Shown here piece after piece: positions 17,712 to 24,156 of a stretch of DNA of 24,156 bases. The translations under genes and the position numbers were made by a program. Where the stretch lies: IMG/VR virus record IMGVR_UViG_644736359_000007. One strand, 5' to 3'. Position 1 is the first letter of the stretch. Every line of letters starts with the position of its first letter. Under the pieces are notes generated by a model, which searched no databases, was not told the origin of the DNA, and was given only the letters and a program-made list of their open reading frames with translations. Source of the DNA: a virus (taxonomy: Duplodnaviria > Heunggongvirae > Uroviricota > Caudoviricetes).

Positions 17712-19994
17712 CTACCACTCACGCTGTCTGTCAAAAAAGTCGATATCGGTATCAAATTTAAAACGCTTATGCCCAAAATCCAAAACAGCTCCGCGAGCGA
17801 GAGCTTCAAGCTCCCAATAACTAGCCTGAATGTCACTTTGTGCAAGAAGAACCTTAATTTTCGGGATAGTCTTTCTCTCCTGCCTTGTCAACCGGGCGGA
17901 TGGGGCAGGAAAGTAGCTTCGACCATTGAAAGGAGTAAAGCTCTGCTGTGAACGATTACTGCATTTCAGTTCATTACTCAATAAGTCTCTAAGTACCTTC
18001 ATAATGCCTGGCTCGGTCCAACTTAGAATCCCTTCATCTATAAAATTTAACACCGCTGCAGCATGCTCAGTCGGTGTGGGAGCCGATAACGAAGTATCAC
18101 CACCGGTGAGCTTTCCACAGTTATTGACAGGACTCCGAGGCGCGGCGATGCCGCTTTTTAAAGTCAAAGGCTCCACGACCGGAACTTTCGGCACAATGCG
18201 CCAGTCCGTCGTTCTGGTGATATGAATATGACGCGCGCCGAGATGCGGCGCGTAAATGCCGACCACTCTCTCGACTTCTTCCTCGTACTCGTTAACTTCA
18301 TCCGACGGGCTACGGGCGACTCTGACAGTCTGGCAATCGCGCGGAACATTTGCCCCACCCTGCGCACTGATATACAACGCAAAATCGCCACTGTCTGCGG
18401 CAGCGCGTGCAGCCTCGACGCGTTCGTCAAACTCATCAGCAATGCTGACGCCGCGAGGCAATTTGCGTAGTTCACGGTAAGCCCCCATTGTCGGCAGACC
18501 AACCGTTTTAAATTGCGGGATGCGCCACGTTGACGCCCATGCAGTAACAGCCGCGGCAGTATCTTTCAGAGGTCTGCCGGTATCGTTATCGAGCTGACCA
18601 TCCAGTGCATAGCCGTCGATGTTTTTTGAGATGTATTTCGCGATATACCCCGCAGCACCGCCCCGATTAAGGTGTTTTGCCTGAAAACGGTTTCGCGCGG
18701 CTCCTCTTTCGTCGCCATCCTCTTTGAGCGCATAGCGACGCATGATTTCGATAATCTGGTTACGCTGGCGCGGATTACAAAAAAGCATCATATGCCAGTG
18801 CGGCGTTCCGTCGTGATGTGGCTCGACGACACGCAAACCGTAGACCTGTAAATCATTATCCTTGAATGCCGTGCGCATCAGGCTCCAGATACGGCAGAGA
18901 TAACGCTGCGCATCCTTTGGATTAAATGCCTCATCGTTCCAGCCGTGATTTAGCTGGACGGTTTTACTTTCGCCTTTTCCAACCTGACGTGTCGGGTGAT
19001 ACTTTGACGGCGCGGTCAGCGTGATAAACATCCCCACATCACCCTCTGCTGCGGCGTAACGCTCAATACCGGCAATGGTGTTCATCAGCTCCATCCGGCG
19101 AATTTCAGGATTAGAAATACTGCCCATCACCTTACTGATAAGGTCGATGCGCTCGCCGGTTTCCCTGTTTTCGAGATCACACGATTTAAGAAATTCCAGA
19201 TTTGCCTGGCGGCGTGCACGCACATCACGAATGGCATGTTTACTGGCATAAGGAGAACGGTCTTTATTGACCTCCCCGACAGCAATCAGTAACGCCTCAT
19301 GCCAGCGCATACGCTGGCCTTTGAGCTGATGAGTCCACCACTCATCGTTAAACAGACGGGCAATGGCAGAATATGCCTGCCTCGTGGTCATCTGTCCTTT
19401 ACGGTATTTTTTCCAGTAAAGCGGGGAAATATTGAAAGCACGTGCAGCGCCAGCAACATGACCATAGAGGTGAGCCTGCGCCTCATCCGTAAACAGCGAT
19501 TCTTTTTCGCCATGTGCATCCACCCAGGCATCGCTGAGTTCCTCATACATCATGAAAAGCTGCGATGAGATACGGGCGGCAAACTTTTTCAGCTCCTTGT
19601 CATTCATTCCCGGCAGGCGCGCATAGTGGTCACGCTCTGCCAGAAACAGCAACGACGCGTCGGTGTTCATTTCATGGCGCTGATTCACACGCTCAATGCA
19701 CGGCCATAAACGACGCTGAAAAGTGGATGTGAGGAAATAAAACCCGTGCACCGGGCTTTTATTGCGCCGGATGTAGTCATAGTGTGAAGTAAACAGCGAG
19801 CGCAAAAAGTAAGGCAGGCGGTTAATCGTGGATAAAACACCTTGCACCTGACGCATCTCGTCACGTGTAAGGGGTCTTTCGCGCCCGACGGCCTCGCGTG
19901 GCGCGTTCCATGCATAAGCACCGGTAAACGTCTTACCGGTGCCTGCGGCAAATGCTGACGGAGGGACAAAACGCCCGGAGGCTTTAACGGCCAT
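17712..19994 (-). CDS. A: Replication initiation protein A (rolling-circle nickase)
   Basis: 761-aa product starting MAVKASGRFVPPSAFAAGTGK... matching P2 gpA over most of its length from memory; start set at ATG 19994 rather than the longer track ORF; C-terminal ~120 aa diverge from P2. Confidence 0.9.
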   Translation of the reverse strand: MAVKASGRFVPPSAFAAGTGKTFTGAYAWNAPREAVGRERPLTRDEMRQVQGVLSTINRLPYFLRSLFTSHYDYIRRNKSPVHGFYFLTSTFQRRLWPCIERVNQRHEMNTDASLLFLAERDHYARLPGMNDKELKKFAARISSQLFMMYEELSDAWVDAHGEKESLFTDEAQAHLYGHVAGAARAFNISPLYWKKYRKGQMTTRQAYSAIARLFNDEWWTHQLKGQRMRWHEALLIAVGEVNKDRSPYASKHAIRDVRARRQANLEFLKSCDLENRETGERIDLISKVMGSISNPEIRRMELMNTIAGIERYAAAEGDVGMFITLTAPSKYHPTRQVGKGESKTVQLNHGWNDEAFNPKDAQRYLCRIWSLMRTAFKDNDLQVYGLRVVEPHHDGTPHWHMMLFCNPRQRNQIIEIMRRYALKEDGDERGAARNRFQAKHLNRGGAAGYIAKYISKNIDGYALDGQLDNDTGRPLKDTAAAVTAWASTWRIPQFKTVGLPTMGAYRELRKLPRGVSIADEFDERVEAARAAADSGDFALYISAQGGANVPRDCQTVRVARSPSDEVNEYEEEVERVVGIYAPHLGARHIHITRTTDWRIVPKVPVVEPLTLKSGIAAPRSPVNNCGKLTGGDTSLSAPTPTEHAAAVLNFIDEGILSWTEPGIMKVLRDLLSNELKCSNRSQQSFTPFNGRSYFPAPSARLTRQERKTIPKIKVLLAQSDIQASYWELEALARGAVLDFGHKRFKFDTDIDFFDRQREW

Positions 19995-20259
19995 ATGAGC
20001 CAAAAGCCTCTGAACAACGCTTGCTGAGTTGCTCAACCTGCGCGTTTAAATCAGCAAAAGACTTTGCGCTTCCGGTAAGAATATCGTGATGCATCAGGCC
20101 GGAAACGAGCTGGCTTAATTTCGGGTAATAACCAACCACCGCCAGCCATTCCTGACCGGCGTTTTTACCGCTTTCCGCTCTCTTTTTCTCGTGGAGAATA
20201 AACTGAAAGCTGTCACTGGTAACGACATAACGTTCGCCAATTTCAATACGAATACTCAT
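19984..20259 (-). CDS. P2 early-region small protein (orf83-like)
   Basis: 91-aa ORF with GGAGAA RBS, immediately upstream of A and overlapping its start, as in the P2 B-A interval. Confidence 0.6.
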   Translation of the reverse strand: MSIRIEIGERYVVTSDSFQFILHEKKRAESGKNAGQEWLAVVGYYPKLSQLVSGLMHHDILTGSAKSFADLNAQVEQLSKRCSEAFGSYGR

Positions 20260-20480
20260 GCCGTTCTCCGGTAATGTTTGTTTTTTGCTTCAAAGACTGA
20301 CTGACAGGAAACACAACGCGTGGCTGACGGGTAAGCCGCACGACGGGCAGCAGGTATTGGCGCGTTACACTCTTCGCAAACCAGCGCAGAAGCACCGCAA
20401 TGTTTTACCCTTGCCGCGTTAATCTGGCGCTCCAGTAATTCAGCCTGTTGTTCCTGAATAAAATCTACGTTGTCCGGCAT
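20256..20480 (-). CDS. DksA/TraR-family C4 zinc-finger protein
   Basis: 74 aa with CEEC...CVSC motif pair; AAGGAG RBS; 4-nt overlap with the downstream ORF. Confidence 0.65.
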   Translation of the reverse strand: MPDNVDFIQEQQAELLERQINAARVKHCGASALVCEECNAPIPAARRAAYPSATRCVSCQSVFEAKNKHYRRTA

Positions 20481-20482
20481 TA

Positions 20483-20782
20483 TCAGCTCCTTTTATCGTT
20501 AAGTTTCCTGGATACATCAGCGCAATAACTGGCAAGTTCTGTCGTTAATTTTGTCAGTTCATCCACTGAGGAAATTTGCTTGTGGAATACAGCGCGTTTA
20601 ACAAGTAAATTGACCACATCAGACAGGAGGTTTAATTCATTCTGATAAATCGCGATAACAGATTCAGTTATGTCGCGTTTTTCTTTATCAAGGCAAAGTT
20701 GAATAAGAGACAAATCGCCATTTTTCATAACGGCGATTTTTAAGGCGTTATTCAGTAATACAACTGAATGAGAACAGGACAT
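20483..20782 (-). CDS. P2 early-region small protein (hypothetical)
   Basis: 99-aa ORF starting at ATG 20782, which overlaps the upstream stop (ATGA). Confidence 0.5.
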   Translation of the reverse strand: MSCSHSVVLLNNALKIAVMKNGDLSLIQLCLDKEKRDITESVIAIYQNELNLLSDVVNLLVKRAVFHKQISSVDELTKLTTELASYCADVSRKLNDKRS

Positions 20783-21006
20783 CAAAGCACCTCCCCGCGA
20801 GACAATCCGATATTGTGAAATTTTTCCGACTCCTGACTGAGCAGCTCGACTATCTCCACGCGGGATAACTCCGCCTTTGTGATATGGCGAATCATGGCGT
20901 CAAGATGAGAAGAAAAGCGTGTCGCTGCGTCGGCATGTGCTTCGGCTCTGGCCTGTTGCAGCAGTAATGCGTATTTACCGCACTTGTTTTCAGAAACTGT
21001 ATGCAT
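20782..21006 (-). CDS. P2 early-region small protein (hypothetical)
   Basis: 74-aa ORF with GGAGAA RBS. Confidence 0.5.
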   Translation of the reverse strand: MHTVSENKCGKYALLLQQARAEAHADAATRFSSHLDAMIRHITKAELSRVEIVELLSQESEKFHNIGLSRGEVL

Positions 21007-21069
21007 GACTTTCTCCAGGCAAAAAGAAGCCCCGCACGATTAAGTGCATTAAAAACTCTGGTTAATTAT

Positions 21070-21570
21070 TTAATGCAGATATTGCTCTGGTTTTACCGAC
21101 GTCAGAATTGTCGGTGCATACTCAAACAGGCTGAATAATTCACGTAATGCACGGAATAAAGCATCACGCCAGTAACATGATTCTTCATTAATTCGCCAGT
21201 ATGGCTGGTTGAATTCTTTTTCAGTCAATCCGGCATGCATAAATAAAGTACGACGCTGACTGACTGTTAAAAAACTAATATATGCATACTCACTTGCGCC
21301 AACCTGACGGCGTTTTGAGAATGCCCCACGCAATTCATCAATTGCACAAACCAGCCGTTCACGTTCGACGTCGTTCATTTCTTCAAAACGCATCGTTGCG
21401 TGACGCTGTTTTAACTGCGCATGGAAGCAAACCGTTAGCCGTTCGCGTTCCATCATCTGATTATAATAATCGCATGTCTCCTGCCAGCGAGGGACGGCCA
21501 GATGCTTACCAATTATCCGGCGCATAGCTGCTGGCTGTTTTTCAACGAGATTGAGCGTCATCACTGTCAT
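21070..21570 (-). CDS. B: Replication protein B (helicase-loader-like)
   Basis: 166-aa product (P2 gpB length), in the expected position between cox and A. Confidence 0.8.
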   Translation of the reverse strand: MTVMTLNLVEKQPAAMRRIIGKHLAVPRWQETCDYYNQMMERERLTVCFHAQLKQRHATMRFEEMNDVERERLVCAIDELRGAFSKRRQVGASEYAYISFLTVSQRRTLFMHAGLTEKEFNQPYWRINEESCYWRDALFRALRELFSLFEYAPTILTSVKPEQYLH

Positions 21571-21737
21571 TTCCAGACCCTCCGGCTTTTCAGAAAGGTC
21601 AGAGCCTTTTTTAACGGACTCTGTTTTTTGGTGCGGATAATGATTCCCTTACGCCCCTTACCGTGGGTGATGGTGAAGTCAATCGCCCTAGGGCTTTCGT
21701 TACGCAATAACTGAGCAATACAACGAGGCTCATTCAT
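21567..21737 (-). CDS. Small early protein (orf78-like)
   Basis: 56-codon ORF from ATG 21737 with strong AAGGAGAA RBS; stop overlaps the B start (ATGA); the track's GTG start at 21761 would overlap cox. Confidence 0.5.
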   Translation of the reverse strand: MNEPRCIAQLLRNESPRAIDFTITHGKGRKGIIIRTKKQSPLKKALTFLKSRRVWK

Positions 21738-21747
21738 ACGGTTCTCC

Positions 21748-22023
21748 TTAACGTGGTTCACCGAGACCTAACCACATCAACCAGCCGTCACGAATCTCTT
21801 TAGGACGGCTTTCATAAGCCAGTTTTAGTCCGTTATTCCATGCCGGAAGGTATACCCAATATTCACCAGCACGCCCCGATACTGACTGAGGGTCAGTAAT
21901 CTCAATAACTGGTAATTTCCCTTTCTCAATCATGCCCCTTACAGCTCTTGGAGTTTTACCAATGAGTTTTGCAAACTCCTGATAAGGCACGGCATCAGTC
22001 ACGCTTACAAGCTGTCTATTCAT
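21748..22023 (-). CDS. cox: Cox (excisionase / repressor of Pc)
   Basis: 91-aa product with C-terminus ...SGRAGEYWVYLPAWNNGLKLAYESRPKEIRDGWLMWLGLGEPR matching P2 Cox from memory. Confidence 0.85.
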   Translation of the reverse strand: MNRQLVSVTDAVPYQEFAKLIGKTPRAVRGMIEKGKLPVIEITDPQSVSGRAGEYWVYLPAWNNGLKLAYESRPKEIRDGWLMWLGLGEPR

Positions 22024-22144
22024 CTGCTACGATTCTCCCTTAGTGCTTCTAATGGCTCCTAATGGCTAATTATTGCCTAAAAGGATAACTCCAGAAGCAC
22101 AACATTTCACACTATCAGCAAGAAATTACGCAATCGGAGTAATT
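22024..22144. promoter_or_regulatory. Immunity switch region (Pe/Pc promoters and operator) with tandem direct repeat CTAATGGCT-C-CTAATGGCT (22049-22067)
   Basis: Intergenic region between divergently oriented cox and C; two perfect 9-bp direct repeats with 10-bp periodicity, consistent with P2-type repressor operators, which are direct repeats. Confidence 0.5.
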
Positions 22145-22444
22145 ATGTCAATAGACGTTTCGGAGAAGTTGAAGCTAATCCGTGAATCTGAAAGGTTAAA
22201 CCGTAAAGAATTCAGTGAATTAACTGGTGTAGCCTACAGCTCACTTTCGAGCTATGAGAGCCGGTCAAAAAACGCTGGAGTTGAAGCCATAATGAAGGTC
22301 TTACAACATCCTAGATTTACTAAATATACTTTGTGGTTCATGACTGATCAGGTAGCTCCAGAAGCCGGGCAAATTGCGCCCGCTCTCGCACACTTTGGGC
22401 AAAACGAAACAACGTCGCCCCACTCCGGTCAAAAGACTGGTTAA
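22145..22444 (+). CDS. C: Immunity repressor C
   Basis: 99-aa product from ATG 22145; C-terminal half (...FTKYTLWFMTDQVAPEAGQIAPALAHFGQNETTSPHSGQKTG) matches P2 C from memory; N-terminal DNA-binding region divergent, suggesting a distinct immunity specificity. Confidence 0.85.
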   Translation: MSIDVSEKLKLIRESERLNRKEFSELTGVAYSSLSSYESRSKNAGVEAIMKVLQHPRFTKYTLWFMTDQVAPEAGQIAPALAHFGQNETTSPHSGQKTG

Positions 22445-22482
22445 CAATTTATCGTGAATATATTCATCACAAGTGCCTACTA

Positions 22483-22505
22483 TTGGTGGCTAAATTTCAG
22501 CCACC
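22483..22505 (+). promoter_or_regulatory. Hairpin (TGGTGGCT-N7-AGCCACCA) between C and int
   Basis: 8-bp inverted repeat in the 115-bp C-int spacer, followed by an A-run; possible attenuator or processing site. Confidence 0.3.
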
Positions 22506-22559
22506 ACGAAAAAAGCGATTAGTAGTAGCAAAAAAAAGTACCACTCGGAGGGTTTTCTG

Positions 22560-23573
22560 ATGGCAATCAAAAAACTCGATGATGGTCGATATGAAGTGGA
22601 CATCCGCCCTACTGGACGTAATGGAAAACGCATCCGTAGGAAGTTTGATAAGAAAAGCGAAGCTGTCGCTTTCGAAAAATACACGTTGTACAACCACCAC
22701 AATAAAAAATGGCTATCAAAACCAACAGACAAACGACGTCTGTCGGAACTGACACAGATCTGGTGGGATTTAAAGGGTAAACACGAAGAGCATGGGAAAT
22801 CTAATCTTGGAAAAATTGAAATCTTCACAAAAATAACGAATGACCCATGCGCATTTCAAATCACGAAATCCCTTATCAGCCAGTACTGCGCCACCCGAAG
22901 AAGTCAGGGTATTAAACCTTCGAGTATCAATCGTGATTTAACATGTATTAGCGGCATGTTTACAGCCCTGATTGAAGCGGAGTTATTCTTTGGTGAGCAC
23001 CCTATCAGAGGGACAAAGAGGCTTAAGGAGGAAAAACCAGAAACAGGCTATCTCACACAGGAAGAAATTGCCTTACTGCTTGCAGCACTTGACGGCGACA
23101 ATAAAAAGATTGCGATTCTTTGCCTGAGTACAGGAGCACGTTGGGGAGAAGCAGCTCGTTTGAAAGCAGAAAATATCATCCATAACCGCGTCACGTTTGT
23201 TAAAACGAAAACAAACAAACCACGCACCGTCCCGATCTCAGAGGCTGTTGCCAAAATGATCGCGGATAACAAACGAGGTTTTTTATTCCCTGATGCTGAT
23301 TACCCTCGCTTCAGACGAACAATGAAAGCAATAAAACCGGATTTGCCAACGGGGCAAGCCACACATGCACTAAGGCACAGCTTTGCCACTCATTTCATGA
23401 TTAATGGAGGAAGTATTATCACGCTACAACGGATACTAGGTCACACGCGGATTGAGCAAACTATGGTTTACGCTCATTTTGCGCCAGAGTACCTTCAGGA
23501 CGCCATTTCTCTTAATCCGCTAAGAGGTGGTACTGAGGCCGAGAGTGTCCACACAGTGTCCACAGTAGAGTAA
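22560..23573 (+). CDS. int: Tyrosine integrase
   Basis: 337-aa product MAIKKLDDGRYEVDIRPTGRNGKRIRRKFDKKSEAVAFEKY... with C-terminal catalytic residues (R...HALRHSFA...LGH...Y); GGAGGG RBS; adjacent to the att core. Confidence 0.9.
   Translation: MAIKKLDDGRYEVDIRPTGRNGKRIRRKFDKKSEAVAFEKYTLYNHHNKKWLSKPTDKRRLSELTQIWWDLKGKHEEHGKSNLGKIEIFTKITNDPCAFQITKSLISQYCATRRSQGIKPSSINRDLTCISGMFTALIEAELFFGEHPIRGTKRLKEEKPETGYLTQEEIALLLAALDGDNKKIAILCLSTGARWGEAARLKAENIIHNRVTFVKTKTNKPRTVPISEAVAKMIADNKRGFLFPDADYPRFRRTMKAIKPDLPTGQATHALRHSFATHFMINGGSIITLQRILGHTRIEQTMVYAHFAPEYLQDAISLNPLRGGTEAESVHTVSTVE
23545..23564. promoter_or_regulatory. Tandem direct repeats GTGTCCACA (x2, 11-bp period) inside the int 3' end: putative Int arm-type binding sites
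   Basis: Repeats seen directly; related GTCCACACA and GACCACAT motifs occur in the opposite arm next to attL (1574-1596); position about 90-110 bp from the att core. Confidence 0.4.
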
Positions 23574-23652
23574 CGTTTAAGGGCTTTCAGTGGTAATTTA
23601 TGCCGCTCAAACCCGCATTGTACCGTTGAAAGCCCCTACTGGTGACACCCTA

Positions 23653-23679
23653 AATATCCCTTACACGGGCTTATTTTTT
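23653..23679. mobile_element. Prophage attR: P2-type att core copy (AATATCCCTTACACGGGCTTATTTTTT, one mismatch)
   Basis: 23 of 27 positions form an identical run with 1511-1533; directly follows int. Confidence 0.75.
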
Positions 23680-23838
23680 TATGCATAAGCCCTATCTCTG
23701 GTAACCGTCTTCCATTGACCACATCGATAGAATCCTCCTTCATAGCACGATGCCTTTCACTTATCGGCATCGTGCTCCCACAGGTTCCGGCTACGCACAG
23801 CCAGAACGCGCATATTTGACGCTTACCAAAAAATATTC

Positions 23839-24156
23839 TCACTCTCCACATTTGAATGTCAGACGAGCGACACCATGTAATCCTACACCTTCTGTCTTCA
23901 GCTCAACTATTTGCATTTTTTTGCCCTGAGTAACACAGAAATGAGTTGCATCATTTTTTACTATATTTTCTGCACCAGATATTCTACCCCTGGCTAAAGA
24001 AGCTTCGGCTTCGGTGTAGTATTGGTTATCGAGTTTACGCTGAATATTACTTTTATATGCAAGACCAAATTTACCGATACTTGTCTCATCATTATGCACA
24101 GCACAACCAGACATAATAAAAATACTAATTAATGATATAGCAGCTATCTTTTTCAT
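23839..24156 (-). CDS. yegR: Small lipoprotein-like protein YegR
   Basis: 105-aa ORF with signal peptide and lipobox (IMSGC); recognised from memory as E. coli yegR, which flanks the cyaR-associated P2 remnant in K-12; start codon is the last three bases of the window. Confidence 0.75.
   Translation of the reverse strand: MKKIAAISLISIFIMSGCAVHNDETSIGKFGLAYKSNIQRKLDNQYYTEAEASLARGRISGAENIVKNDATHFCVTQGKKMQIVELKTEGVGLHGVARLTFKCGE

Noticed and set aside
22490-22828. 112-aa minus-strand ORF overlapping the int start
   Set aside because: Antisense to int and to the C-int spacer; no RBS; low-complexity translation.
23636-23851. 71-aa minus-strand ORF spanning attR
   Set aside because: Covers the att core and arm-like relic; Cys/Arg-rich translation, no RBS; probably non-coding.

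Overview
This window looks like an Escherichia coli-type chromosomal locus (yegQ, cyaR, then yegR at the far end) carrying a defective P2-like prophage of about 22 kb integrated in the 3' end of the cyaR sRNA gene. All protein and site identifications are from reading the sequence and recalling P2 family proteins; no database search was run. The 27-bp P2 att core sits at 1507-1533 and again, with one mismatch, at 23653-23679. The prophage keeps ogr, tail sheath FI, tail fibre H, baseplate genes I/J/W/V, the cos site, replication genes A and B, immunity genes cox and C, and int. It has lost the capsid, terminase, lysis and most tail genes: FII is fused in frame to the 3' part of D, and portal gene Q survives only as a 3' fragment. 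Three visibly AT-rich cargo islands interrupt the GC-richer P2 backbone. The most interesting is a three-gene operon (13932-17623) in the position where P2 carries old/tin: an alpha/beta-hydrolase protein, a small protein, and a Rad50/SMC-like ABC ATPase with a CPxC zinc hook, which I read as a candidate Lamassu-like anti-phage system. The second is a GT2 glycosyltransferase (5147-6265) preceded by an (AGCC)7 tract and an out-of-frame leader ORF, an arrangement typical of slipped-strand phase variation. The third is a lone three-helix membrane protein (11845-12630) sitting where the capsid and lysis genes were deleted.
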